The notes beneath the pieces were generated by a model, which saw nothing but the letters and a program-made list of their open reading frames with translations, ran no database searches and was not told where the DNA came from. A DNA stretch of 64,000 nt from Blastocatellia bacterium UBA7656 (GTDB taxonomy: Bacteria; Acidobacteriota; Blastocatellia; UBA7656), in NCBI GenBank assembly GCA_002483445.1, contig DLHY01000007.1:86114-150113 (forward strand), given 5' to 3'. The translations under genes and the position numbers were made by a program. Numbering within the stretch: position 1 is the stretch's first letter; each line of letters starts with the position of its first letter. Positions 10,210-19,912 of this stretch are shown here, in pieces.

Positions 10210-11190
10210 TCATAAATTGACGAATTTCATCATCGCTTCCGGGTAACGTGTTCCCGCTGCTGCTCCCTGCGGCGCAATCTCGTTGATGAGCGCGAGGTCT
10301 TCCTCAGACAGTGTAACTTCTGTCGCGCCCGCATTCTCTTCAAGATACTCGCGCCGCTTGGTTCCGGGGATGGGAACGATGTCATCACCCTGCGCCAGCG
10401 CCCAGGCCAGAGCGAGTTGTGAGGGAGTCGCATTCTTCGACCGGGCCATCTCTGTTATTCGCTCGACCAGTTCGAGATTCTTCTTGAAGTTTTCTCCCTG
10501 AAAGCGCGGCGAGTAGCGGCGATAATCATCCTCGGCAAGGTCATCGAAACTTTTTATCTGCCCGGTGAGAAAGCCTCGTCCCAAAGGGCTATAGGCCACG
10601 AATCCGATTCCTAGCTCGCGCACGACCGCGAGTATCTCGTCTTCGGGGTCGCGGCTCCACAGAGAGTATTCCGTTTGCAATGCGCTGATGGGATAAACCG
10701 CGTGCGCCCGACGTATGGTATCAGGCGCGGCTTCGCTTAGACCGAGGAACGACACTTTGCCTAATCTGACGAGTTCGGCCATCGCGCCGACGGTATCTTC
10801 TATCGGCACACTGGTGTCTACGCGATGCTGATAGTAGAGATCGATGTGATCTATGCCGAGTCGTTGCAGCGAAGCATCACATGCCTCGCGGACGTATGCG
10901 GGATGGCCATCGATCCACCTGAGGTCTCCGCTTCGACGTATGCCGAATTTGGTGGCGACGACGACCTGATCGCGGCGTCCGCGAATGGCTTTGTTTATGA
11001 GTTGTTCATTCGTATAAGGGCCGTACATATCGGACGTATCGAGGAAATCCATACCGAGATCGAGAGCGCGATGAATGGTGGCTATGGATTCGTTTTCATC
11101 CGTCGGGCCGTAGAATTCCGACATGCCCATGCAGCCGAGTCCGATACAGGAAGTAATAAGACCTTGCGTTCCTAACCTGCGCTTTTGCAT
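10210..11190 (-). CDS. Aldo/keto reductase
   Basis: [37 protein letters not shown]. Confidence 0.95.
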   Translation of the reverse strand: MQKRRLGTQGLITSCIGLGCMGMSEFYGPTDENESIATIHRALDLGMDFLDTSDMYGPYTNEQLINKAIRGRRDQVVVATKFGIRRSGDLRWIDGHPAYVREACDASLQRLGIDHIDLYYQHRVDTSVPIEDTVGAMAELVRLGKVSFLGLSEAAPDTIRRAHAVYPISALQTEYSLWSRDPEDEILAVVRELGIGFVAYSPLGRGFLTGQIKSFDDLAEDDYRRYSPRFQGENFKKNLELVERITEMARSKNATPSQLALAWALAQGDDIVPIPGTKRREYLEENAGATEVTLSEEDLALINEIAPQGAAAGTRYPEAMMKFVNL

Positions 11191-11284
11191 TTCAGCCTCC
11201 TCTGGAAAACAGTTTTCAGTTTTCAGTTTTCAGTTCTCACCATTTCAGAGCGTCACTGAAAATGACATCGATGACTCCTTCGAA

Positions 11285-11355
11285 GTGGCGCAAGCTGTTA
11301 GCTTGCGCGGCTCCAAATTTCGTACTTTCAAAGAGCGCAACCTGTTAGATTGCGC
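11285..11355. repeat. REP-like palindrome pair, family A (GTGGCGCAAGCTGTTAGCTTGCG)
   Basis: The same 23-mer occurs at 23521 and 39113. It is paired here with an inverted degenerate copy. Confidence 0.75.
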
Positions 11356-11421
11356 TGCATCAATAACTCCTGAATTTGTTTTTGTTTTATTGAGAATATC
11401 AGGTCGACTGACGATTGCGCA

Positions 11422-11871
11422 TCAACTGCCCTCGGCATTTCCCGCTTTCCTTCGCGCGAGCAGATAGTCGATTGAGAATCGATCTTCTTCGCGCGGCAGC
11501 ATGAATATAAAGAGCAGCAATGCGAGACGGGGTATGACGTGCGTGTGGAATTGAAAGAGCGGCTCTTTGAGGAGATGCCCGAATGTCACTATGGCGAGAA
11601 CTCCTCCGAGCGAGACGAGCGCCTCGCGAGTGCGCAGGCCGATGATGACTAAAGCGCCCGCAAGAAGTTCTATGAAAGGGATTGTGACGCCCACCGTCCA
11701 GAGCGACCACACAGGCAGGAAGGTATCGGAGAAAGGCAGGAAATATTTGCGCGCGTGTTCGAGCGGGCCAAGTTGAAAGACCTTCCACCTGCCCGCCATG
11801 AAAAATATCAGTCCGAGCGTGAGTCGGGCGAACAAAAGCGCCCAGCTTCGATTTGTGTCGTGTGGTTTCAC
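11422..11871 (-). CDS. DoxX family membrane protein
   Basis: RLTLGLIFFMAG..K, PFIELLAGAL..IGL and C-terminal FSID; about four hydrophobic helices. Confidence 0.8.
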   Translation of the reverse strand: MKPHDTNRSWALLFARLTLGLIFFMAGRWKVFQLGPLEHARKYFLPFSDTFLPVWSLWTVGVTIPFIELLAGALVIIGLRTREALVSLGGVLAIVTFGHLLKEPLFQFHTHVIPRLALLLFIFMLPREEDRFSIDYLLARRKAGNAEGS

Positions 11872-11877
11872 AATAGG

Positions 11878-12126
11878 CTATTTATGCCTCGCTTTTCTTT
11901 TTGAGCTTTCGGGCAGAGCAGCGACCAGAGCGCGAAGAACGGCATTCACAGATTCGGGAGTAGTGAAAACCTTTGACACTTCAGGGTCGAGAAGCACCAC
12001 GAGGCGTTCTTTACTTATCCGACCAGCGAATCGGTTGGGCTTGGCCTTGCTGTAGTCGAAGCTGTACTCCGCGAGCATTTCTTCTGATTCTTTACTGCGA
12101 GATTTAGAGGTCGGTATTTTCTTCAT
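11878..12126 (-). CDS. Putative antitoxin partner of BrnT (BrnA-like position)
   Basis: EMLAEYSFDYSKAKPNRFA..LDPEVSKVF..SVNAVLRAL; overlaps the toxin 3' end. Confidence 0.7.
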   Translation of the reverse strand: MKKIPTSKSRSKESEEMLAEYSFDYSKAKPNRFAGRISKERLVVLLDPEVSKVFTTPESVNAVLRALVAALPESSKRKARHK

Positions 12127-12394
12127 AATCCTTCCGTTCTTTCGCTGTTGGCAATCGCGCACTGATAATGCGGATGATTTCTCCGGGCCGTTCGGTGAAG
12201 CAGACCAATAGCAATCGCTTATTTATGGAATACCCGATGATGATCTCACGCCTTTCATTTTTGGAATGCACTTCATCATCAAAGATCACGGCCAATGAAT
12301 TATCAAAGACGGTACTCGCCTCGTCAAAGCTAACCCCGTGCTTGAGTTCATTTGATCTGGCTTTGTTGTCATCCCATTCAAACCGATAGCTCAT
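12104..12394 (-). CDS. BrnT family toxin (DUF497)
   Basis: FEWDDNKARSNELKHGVSFDEA..HS..E.R..IIG..IRIISAR. Confidence 0.9.
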   Translation of the reverse strand: MSYRFEWDDNKARSNELKHGVSFDEASTVFDNSLAVIFDDEVHSKNERREIIIGYSINKRLLLVCFTERPGEIIRIISARLPTAKERKDYEENTDL

Positions 12395-12554
12395 ACAGAT
12401 CATCCATTGTGGTTTTCAACGGCTGAGGCTTACAGGGAAGAAGCGGCCCTGTCAATCGCCGCCCTTGGTTCAATCTTGCAATCGAACGCCTGATGGCTTC
12501 GAAACAAGTCGAGCCAACAGCAGTACAAATACGCCTAGATACTGCTTCACTGTC

Positions 12555-13376
12555 TTACCATTGAATATTGGGCCAATGCTCTTTAATTCTTTCGATAAGG
12601 GGGCCGACTATGCCAATCAACTCTCTTGCTTTTGACGCTATACTCGCTAAAGTTTCGATTCCTCTCTTAACTTTTTGCAGCCCCTTTGGATTTTCTTCGC
12701 GATCTGCCAATACAGTAAGTTTCTCAATTCTTTTCAAAGCTTCTTCCTTATCAGCTTTGTCCAATTCTTTCGATTCTTCAAAGGCTTCCCGTAGTTGATC
12801 GATAGTTTGATTGAATTGAGTATTCAGCGAGGCCGTTACTTTGGCCTTATTCTCTTTCCCTCCTACTTGTATAGAGGAACCAACGACGGGCCCACTAATA
12901 TTTAAACCTACAGTTTGCTTCTTTTTCATTTTTCTCTCTTTCTTGAGTTTCTTTCGTTTAAGTTCAGCTTTCGTGATTTCGAACAATAGCTTCTGACGTG
13001 CTTCTCGATTTATCTGTTCAAACTCATTATCTAAATGAGTACTTGTACCATGTCCGCGTTCGCCAGCGTAGTGCATAAAGCTTGTGAGTATGCTCGGATG
13101 AGCCGAGTTTAGTCTGTTAATGAAGTCTTCCACATCAGATTTCTCAAATTTTATTTCATATTGTTCATAAGCTTCCAGCAAACTTTCGACGCGAGCTTGT
13201 ACCAACCTACTCCATCGCTCAATTATCACGTTTAGAATAGCCTGACCCCTTGCCCCACCACGAGGCATCAAGCTTTGCACGCGGTTCATCTCCGGCTGAA
13301 ACCAACGATCAATTTCCGTAGTTCTTCGCCCACAGGCTTGTTGGTAATAACGTTGTGCCTCTTCGCTTAATCTCAT
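12555..13376 (-). CDS. Hypothetical protein, AT-rich, predicted largely helical
   Basis: 273-aa ORF with no long competing frames; visibly lower GC than its flanks. Confidence 0.7.
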   Translation of the reverse strand: MRLSEEAQRYYQQACGRRTTEIDRWFQPEMNRVQSLMPRGGARGQAILNVIIERWSRLVQARVESLLEAYEQYEIKFEKSDVEDFINRLNSAHPSILTSFMHYAGERGHGTSTHLDNEFEQINREARQKLLFEITKAELKRKKLKKERKMKKKQTVGLNISGPVVGSSIQVGGKENKAKVTASLNTQFNQTIDQLREAFEESKELDKADKEEALKRIEKLTVLADREENPKGLQKVKRGIETLASIASKARELIGIVGPLIERIKEHWPNIQW

Positions 13377-13578
13377 AAGTGCCTATCATAACAAAAGCCC
13401 TCCTGTTTTCCGAAAGGGTCGTTTCCATATTTCTAACCTCTACTCATGCCGCGCCACATTCTCACCCTGCTCTGCGCTCAGTTCAGCGATGTAAGCGACG
13501 CTCATCGGATCAAGCCTCCCGTCTCTGAATTTGATTGCCAGTTGGGAGAACCTGGTCGACGACCTGCGCGCCTGATCG

Positions 13579-13815
13579 TCAGTCAGGCATCACGTCGCGG
13601 CTGCTGGTTTTCGCCACTTTGATCAACAGCCGCAACGCTTCATTTACCGACTCCGAATCCGGGAATGCTTGCGCGACATCCGGCGCAAGCCGTATCAGAT
13701 TCGTGCCTGCTTTGTATCGCTCGGCGTATTTGCCTCTCACCCTGTTCTTGAGTTGAGAAAAATCATACTCCGGGCGCAGATCATCTTCTGTTTCATTATT
13801 GATTTTCTTCTTCAT
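13579..13815 (-). CDS. Orphan BrnT-associated antitoxin-like protein
   Basis: DDLRPEYDFS..RGKYAERY..LAPDVAQAFPDSESVNEALRLL; similar to 11878-12126. Confidence 0.75.
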   Translation of the reverse strand: MKKKINNETEDDLRPEYDFSQLKNRVRGKYAERYKAGTNLIRLAPDVAQAFPDSESVNEALRLLIKVAKTSSRDVMPD

Positions 13816-13843
13816 ATTTCTCTTCGTCCCACTCAAATTCCAC
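13796..13843 (-). pseudogene. BrnT toxin remnant (internal deletion), 15 codons
   Basis: GTG-start mini ORF MEFEWDEEKYEEENQ joins the BrnT N-terminal FEWD..K motif to the C-terminal YEE.N motif, and overlaps the antitoxin start as in the intact pair. Confidence 0.75.
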
Positions 13844-13902
13844 GGCCAGAGTATAACATCAGGCATTGCTCAATATCTCTTTTGTTGTTGTGAGCGATTC
13901 GT

Positions 13903-14238
13903 TCAGACAGCCGCAAAGTCTGTGTACTTGCGCACGTCGGCTGGATGAAACCCCAGAACTATATCCTCGCGCGGGATGCCCGCTTCCAACAGAGCTTCAG
14001 CCACCGGGCGCGAAGTCCCGTCGTATTGAATCCACACTTTTTCGTTGATGATATCGATATGAATCACTGAGCCGTGAACGCGCCGCACGCCGTCCCACCC
14101 TACATGCATGACCTCATAGTGGTTTCTTTCCGAATCAATGATCGCTTCGGTCTCTATCTGCCCGTGCGAGGGTTTATAGCTGGCGTACTCTCTGATGATC
14201 CGGCTAACGATCTCGCGATAATTACTTAGCTTATCCAT
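13903..14238 (-). CDS. xisI: XisI family protein
   Basis: HYEVMHVGW..RVHG..IHIDI..KVWIQYDGT..LLEAGIPREDIVLGFH. Confidence 0.9.
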   Translation of the reverse strand: MDKLSNYREIVSRIIREYASYKPSHGQIETEAIIDSERNHYEVMHVGWDGVRRVHGSVIHIDIINEKVWIQYDGTSRPVAEALLEAGIPREDIVLGFHPADVRKYTDFAAV

Positions 14239-14645
14239 TTGACAATCCTTTCCTGCTGCTCATCGAACACGATGAGTCGAATCTTCACGCGCTGAAGAAT
14301 CAACTGGCCGAATCGCTCCGTGAAGATGCCTTCATAGACACGCTGAGGCACTGCAAGAAAGAGCAAACGATCCGGTTCCAATTCCAACAGCACGCTGCGG
14401 TAAACTTCGTACTGACCGACGGCTCCTTCCAGATCGCGCATTATCGAAGGACTCAGAAAACTTTTGATCTCAACGGCTATCTTATACCCGCTCTTCTCGG
14501 CGGCTATCGTGTCCCGCTCTGCTCCAAGATCGACATAAAGGTCTTTGCCGCCGAAGGAGAGCGAAAGTGGATCATCCGTGATCCTCCAGCCCTCCGCCGT
14601 CAGCGCGTGAACAACAACGTCGTGATATATATCCTTTGCAGGCAT
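14226..14645 (-). CDS. xisH: XisH family protein (restriction endonuclease-like fold)
   Basis: MPAKDIYHD..GWRITDDPL..VDLGAE..IAVEIKSFLSPS..GQY. Confidence 0.9.
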   Translation of the reverse strand: MPAKDIYHDVVVHALTAEGWRITDDPLSLSFGGKDLYVDLGAERDTIAAEKSGYKIAVEIKSFLSPSIMRDLEGAVGQYEVYRSVLLELEPDRLLFLAVPQRVYEGIFTERFGQLILQRVKIRLIVFDEQQERIVKWIS

Positions 14646-14743
14646 AAAAGATAGTTTCACCAGAAACGAAACTGTCGGCATCCCGTGTCGAACAGGTTGA
14701 TTGTAAGACCGCAATCAGGTTGCAGCAAGAGAGCAGGCTGAAG

Positions 14744-17527
14744 CTACGAAGACACTATCGGGCCGATCAGAGGAAACAACTCTGAAGCATCAACATCCTT
14801 TTCTTCGCGATTGAAATCAGCGGCAGAGATGCCCTCGCTCTGCTCAATTTCATCATCATTGATCGCCTTTGCGAAAATCGTATGAGCATCGCGCCACCAA
14901 ACAGCAACTTCTCCGCCGGGATACTGAATCGTTTCCGCTCCGTCTTCTTCATCAATCCCAAGCGCGACAGCGAGGCGCGAGAGCCAGTCGTCGCCTTTGA
15001 GCCGTGAGCGTAACGCGCCCGATACGATCAGGTGATCGCGCGCCCGCGTGGCCGCCACGTAAAGCAATCGCTTCTTTTCCGACTGCTCCGCTCTCGCCTC
15101 GATAAACTTCATCATTTTGAAATAAGCGGGCTGCAAATCATCGTCTCCCGCTGTGCTGTCAGCTTTCACCGCGACCGCAAGCCCGAATTCCTGATGCGTC
15201 CTCACTATGTCGCGGTCACGCCCGCCCGCGTAACTCGCATCGACGATCCAGACTATCGGAAATTCAAGCCCCTTCGCTTTATGCACCGTCATTATTCTCA
15301 CCGCGCCCGCTTCTTCGACTGTAGCCTCGCCTTCGCGAGCCTCGCGGAATTTCAAATTCTCTATTCGATCCACCATCTCAAGCAATGTGAGGCGCGGAAG
15401 GGCGCGAGCCTGCTCGACGAATTTTTCGACGTTCGCAACTCTCCGCTCGCCCTTTGGAAGCATCATCAATGTCGCCAGATAGCCTGTCTCTTCAAGCGCA
15501 GAGGAGATCAAATCCGACGCGCTCACCCTTCCGGCCATCTCGCGCAGTCGCGTCAAAACTTCTCGCGCGAATATCACAGCCTCGCACTCATCAACGGGAA
15601 TCTCTACCGACTCATCGCGCAACGCATCCCAGAGCAGGCCGCGACGAAGCCTCAACCTGAGAAGCGTTTCATCCGTGAGCGCGAACATCGGAGACCGCAG
15701 CGCCGCCGCCAGGTGCAGATCATCAATCGGGCTTGCGAGAAATGCCAGCAGGTTGTTCAGGTCGACTATTTCCTGTCGATCATAAAACCCGCGCCCAGCA
15801 GTCGTGACATAAGGAATGCCTTCGTCGGCAAGCGCCTGCTCGTAAATTTCGAAATAAGTCGAAGCCTGAAACAGAAGGGCGAAATCTCCCGGTTCTGCTC
15901 GCTTCAAACATCCGTCCTCATCGCATACAATCGCATCCCCACGGATGATTTCCTTTATCCGAAGCGCTATCAATCTTGCTTCAGCTTCGCGCAACCCGGC
16001 GGCATCGAGCTTTTCTTCCGCGTCTTTCTTCTGAGTGATGAAGTGAAACTCTACGGCAGGTTTCGAATGCAGGGCAGTGCGCGCCGCCTTCATCGATTGA
16101 TAAGGCGTATCGTGTCGGCTCTCGGCGGTGAATATGAAAGGAAACAGATGATTGATGAAATCCACTAGCCGGTCGTGCGTGCGAAAGCAGGCGTCCATTC
16201 CGACTTCGCGACCGCCGGAGGAATTGAACTCCTCGCGGGCATCGTGAAAGATGGTCACGTCTGCGCCGCGAAATCTGTAAATCGATTGCTTGGCGTCGCC
16301 GATGATGAACAACTCCTCCGAACGCGGAGCTATCGCCCAGAGTATTCGTTTTTGAATCGGCGCAGTATCCTGAAACTCATCTACCATAAGCGCGCGAATC
16401 AGTCCCCGCTGAGGGTCGTTGTATCGAAGGCAAACTTCTTCCTGACCCGCAAGCAGCCGTTCAGTCAAGTCTTCGAGATCGTTGAAATCCAGCAAAGCGC
16501 GCTCCCGCTTGAGCGAAGCGAACCGCTCACGCGCTCTTGCATAAAGTCGCGCAAGTCCCGTGATGACTTCCGCCGCCGCCGCGTCCGCTTCGTTGATTTC
16601 CAGTTTGAGCAACGCCTCGCCGCGCACTTCTTCGCGCAATTGGTCGAGGGCCTCGCGAACGGCTCCCAGAGCCTCTTCTGAGGGCCATTTCTTTTTCGAC
16701 CCCCCCCGCAGGTTGATGCTCCGCTCTATTTCGAGCAACGTCTCTGCCGCCTGCTCTCCATCCAGACGAGCGAGCAATGCAGCGACATCAGAACGAACCA
16801 TCTCCATCTTGTCGGTCGGGTCATCAGCGCGAAGGGAAGCGACTATCTGCGCATTGCGTTTCCACGTCTCGCGCTCTATGAGAAGGCGGGCGGCGTCCGT
16901 GCGCGCTCGCTCGAACTGTTCGCGCTGAAACTCTGCGATATCGTTTGCGCTCAGGCCGTCGATGCGACCAACGGCGCGGGCGGCCCGCTCGCCCTGATAG
17001 ATGAGCGAGCGCAAAATGGATCGAACTTCGCGCGAAGAGAGATGATCGAATACCTCGATGCCCGATCCGGTTTTCGCATCGCGCGCGGCATCATCGATAG
17101 CTCCCTCGATGGCGCGATCCATAAGCGCAGCGGCTTCGAGTTCGTCAACGACTTCGAAGGTCGGATCGAGTCCGGCTTCAGCCGGGTGGGCGCGGAGGAT
17201 CGCGGAGCAAAGCGAATGGATCGTGCCTATGCGCGAGGAGTCGAGCGCGTTGCGATGTTCGCGCCATCGGCGACGATCTTCTAATGATTCGCTCTTTTCT
17301 ATGCGCGAGCGAATTTCTTTTCTGATGCGCGAGACCATTTCTCTCGCGGCCTTTTCGGTAAACGTCACTGCCACGATGTCGGAAACTCGCCAGTCCCGGT
17401 TTTCTTCGAGCAGTCGAAGGAACCTCTCGACCAGCACGCGAGTTTTTCCAGACCCCGCGCCCGCCGACACGATCACCCTCCGGCCCCGCGTCTCTACGGC
17501 TTCAAGTTGTGAGTCAGTCCAGTTCAT
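14744..17527 (-). CDS. UvrD/AddA-like SF1A helicase without C-terminal nuclease domain
   Basis: SAGAGSGKT, TFTEKAAREM, TIHS, VDEFQDT, IGDAKQSIYRFRGAD, MTVHKAKGLEF, LLYVAATRA. Confidence 0.9.
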   Translation of the reverse strand: MNWTDSQLEAVETRGRRVIVSAGAGSGKTRVLVERFLRLLEENRDWRVSDIVAVTFTEKAAREMVSRIRKEIRSRIEKSESLEDRRRWREHRNALDSSRIGTIHSLCSAILRAHPAEAGLDPTFEVVDELEAAALMDRAIEGAIDDAARDAKTGSGIEVFDHLSSREVRSILRSLIYQGERAARAVGRIDGLSANDIAEFQREQFERARTDAARLLIERETWKRNAQIVASLRADDPTDKMEMVRSDVAALLARLDGEQAAETLLEIERSINLRGGSKKKWPSEEALGAVREALDQLREEVRGEALLKLEINEADAAAAEVITGLARLYARARERFASLKRERALLDFNDLEDLTERLLAGQEEVCLRYNDPQRGLIRALMVDEFQDTAPIQKRILWAIAPRSEELFIIGDAKQSIYRFRGADVTIFHDAREEFNSSGGREVGMDACFRTHDRLVDFINHLFPFIFTAESRHDTPYQSMKAARTALHSKPAVEFHFITQKKDAEEKLDAAGLREAEARLIALRIKEIIRGDAIVCDEDGCLKRAEPGDFALLFQASTYFEIYEQALADEGIPYVTTAGRGFYDRQEIVDLNNLLAFLASPIDDLHLAAALRSPMFALTDETLLRLRLRRGLLWDALRDESVEIPVDECEAVIFAREVLTRLREMAGRVSASDLISSALEETGYLATLMMLPKGERRVANVEKFVEQARALPRLTLLEMVDRIENLKFREAREGEATVEEAGAVRIMTVHKAKGLEFPIVWIVDASYAGGRDRDIVRTHQEFGLAVAVKADSTAGDDDLQPAYFKMMKFIEARAEQSEKKRLLYVAATRARDHLIVSGALRSRLKGDDWLSRLAVALGIDEEDGAETIQYPGGEVAVWWRDAHTIFAKAINDDEIEQSEGISAADFNREEKDVDASELFPLIGPIVSS

Positions 17528-17583
17528 GAATGAGTGTGGGAGTATGGGAGTCGTGGAAGAAAACTCATCGCTCCCATTCTCTC

Positions 17584-17777
17584 AGAGCGTGTTTGAAAGT
17601 TAGTGCCGTAGGCACGAAATGTTTATAGAAAGAATGTTGGCTGGCTCAATCAAGCTCCGTAGGAGCGATATGAAGAACATATCGCTCCTACGGAGCTTGT
17701 CTTGATAGAGCATCATCATCTATAAACATCCCGCTCCTACGGAGCTAAAGAGGGAGTCGATTTTCCAAGCATGCTCT
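17584..17777. mobile_element. Putative MITE with internal REP-like GTAG palindromes
   Basis: Imperfect terminal IRs AGAGCGTGTTTGAAA / TTTCCAAGCATGCTCT; internal AGCTCCGTAGGAGCG / CGCTCCTACGGAGCT copies; nested within a GGGAGTAT-type repeat hairpin. Confidence 0.55.
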
Positions 17778-17804
17778 TACTCTCCCATACTCCCATACTC
17801 CCAT

Positions 17805-18692
17805 TCATCTTTCCTCATCCCCCATCAAGCGATAAAGCGGCTTTGCCATTGCGATTATCAAAAGAGTGAGCAGCGCGCCGGCAAAGACATCGATTACGTA
17901 GTGATAGCGCAGATACACGGTTGAGATTATCAGCAAACTTCCGGGCGCAAGCAACAGCCAGAACGTGCGGCGATGAAAGCTATATGAATAATAGAGAACC
18001 AGGAGGGTGAGTTCAGTGTGGCCGCTTGGAAAACAATCGCGCGTTATGCCTTCGGCGCGATCCAGTGTCGAACGGATGAAGTCGAAAAATAATAAGCCTG
18101 TGAGCGGGAAGGTCTGCTCTGAGGCGAGTATGAATCGCGGCCCGATTGCCGGAACTGCGATGTAGCCGAGGTATGAAAGATAAAACCCAAGCACGATGAC
18201 GAAGAGCAGGAATTGAAATCTGTCGAATTCGCGCCTGCGCCACAACACCGCGCCGAGTATGAGCGGCAGGAAATAATATGTCGTGTAAGAGAGTTGAAAA
18301 ATTTCAGTCAGCGCGGGCCAGGTCACGCGCTCAAGCCAGACCGTCGGGTGCGCGCCGAAGATCGCATAATCGATTGCAGCAAGCTCATGGTCGTAGTCTC
18401 TCGGATGAATTCGCGGGATAAGGTATTCAAGCTCCTTGTAGACCAGAGGGATCAGCGCGACCGGATACCACGACCTTATGAAAAACAGGCGCGAAGGCTC
18501 AGGGTTGGTTGCTAGTGGCTGAGAGATTTTCGCGATCATAAAGATGAGCGCGATGGCAAAACCGTGTCCAATCCAAATCACCCACCACAGCGGGATGCGA
18601 TGAGAGAAAATTATCGAGAGAATGACGATCACTGACAGGTAGCCCGCTGTCGCAAGGTCTGCCGGATTGAGGTAGCGTCTGATCCCGCTCAC
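17805..18692 (-). CDS. PAP2-family membrane protein (AUR1/IPC-synthase-like)
   Basis: PAIGPR, DCFPSGH, STVYLRYHYVIDV; multiple transmembrane helices. Confidence 0.85.
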   Translation of the reverse strand: MSGIRRYLNPADLATAGYLSVIVILSIIFSHRIPLWWVIWIGHGFAIALIFMIAKISQPLATNPEPSRLFFIRSWYPVALIPLVYKELEYLIPRIHPRDYDHELAAIDYAIFGAHPTVWLERVTWPALTEIFQLSYTTYYFLPLILGAVLWRRREFDRFQFLLFVIVLGFYLSYLGYIAVPAIGPRFILASEQTFPLTGLLFFDFIRSTLDRAEGITRDCFPSGHTELTLLVLYYSYSFHRRTFWLLLAPGSLLIISTVYLRYHYVIDVFAGALLTLLIIAMAKPLYRLMGDEER

Positions 18693-19687
18693 AGCCAGCC
18701 CTCGCTGCGATACCAGTTGATCGTCTCTTTGAGTCCTTCCTCTATTGATATCTGTTCGCGATAACCAAGCTCGCGCTTCGCTTTTTCAATCGAACAGCCC
18801 CAGCACTCCTGCGAGAGGTCTTTCACTTTGTCGCGATTGATGACAGGCATTTTTCGCGTGATGGCTGAAAGCATCTCTGCTCCCATCGCGACGGTGTAAG
18901 CGACGGGGCGCGGGATGACAAGGGATCGCACCTTGCGATCAAATATTTTTCCGAGCAGAGCGACCACTGAGCGAAGCGAATAGACTTCCTCGCTTGATAT
19001 GAAATAAGCTTGGCTTGTAGACGCCTCGCTTTCGCCCGCCAGTATTATCCCCTCGGCAAGGTCGCCTGCATGAACGAGGCTCACCTGTTTATCTTGGCGA
19101 CCGATTTCGGGAGAGAGTCCGCGAGCGATGGATTTGAAAAGCTCATAGAGCGCGTAATCGCGCGGGCCGTAGACGGCGGGCGGGCGGACTATGGTTATTG
19201 GCAGAAGATCGGCGACGGCGCGGGCGGCTTCTTCGCCCGCGAGTTTGCTGCGACCATAAGCGGTGATGGGCGCGGGTGTGGTGTCTTCATCGACCGGCTC
19301 ATCCCTGCGGCCAGGCCCCACGGCTGCAAGCGAGCTTATGAGGACGAATTTTTTTATCCGCGAGCGATGTTTGATCGCTGCGGCAAGGATCGTTTCGGTT
19401 CCCTGATGATTGACCGTGAAATAATCCCGACGACGACGAGCGAAAGTCAGGCCCGCGACGTGATAAACCGTATCGACATCGGTGAAGGCTTCATCCCAGT
19501 CGGTCGCGTCGTCCAGTCCGCCGTAGCACAATTCCATCTCAGGATGGTTGAGGTAGCGAAGGTCGCTCGATTGGCGAACCAGACAGCGGACTGCGCGGTT
19601 GCGCTCGATCAATCGCTCGACGAGGTGGCTTCCGACAAACCCCGTTCCTCCCGTCACCAGAACCTTGCCCTGATTGGATTTTGCCAT
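18689..19687 (-). CDS. NAD-dependent epimerase/dehydratase (extended SDR)
   Basis: VTGGTGFVG, YGRSK, RPPAVYGPRD. Start reassigned to MAKSNQGK. Confidence 0.9.
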   Translation of the reverse strand: MAKSNQGKVLVTGGTGFVGSHLVERLIERNRAVRCLVRQSSDLRYLNHPEMELCYGGLDDATDWDEAFTDVDTVYHVAGLTFARRRRDYFTVNHQGTETILAAAIKHRSRIKKFVLISSLAAVGPGRRDEPVDEDTTPAPITAYGRSKLAGEEAARAVADLLPITIVRPPAVYGPRDYALYELFKSIARGLSPEIGRQDKQVSLVHAGDLAEGIILAGESEASTSQAYFISSEEVYSLRSVVALLGKIFDRKVRSLVIPRPVAYTVAMGAEMLSAITRKMPVINRDKVKDLSQECWGCSIEKAKRELGYREQISIEEGLKETINWYRSEGWL

Positions 19688-19912
19688 CGCAGTTCCCTTC
19701 TCCCCCTTTTGATCGCCACTGATGATAGCAAACCCCGGAGCGAGTGTGGAGGATCGCACGTTGACTGACTCCCTGAAGGGCGATAGCATTCCTGAGCGTT
19801 GCAGGACGCGCTTGAAATTTTTTTTCACATGGCTGTAATCGCGCCGCGCATTTATTGCATCAATAGCTTTGTGCAAGGCGTTTTGGAACAATTCAATTCA
19901 GGGAGACTGCAC

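Noticed and set aside
10147..14744. Integrated element using tRNA-Asn as attachment site
   Set aside because: No integrase and no duplicated tRNA 3' end found by eye.
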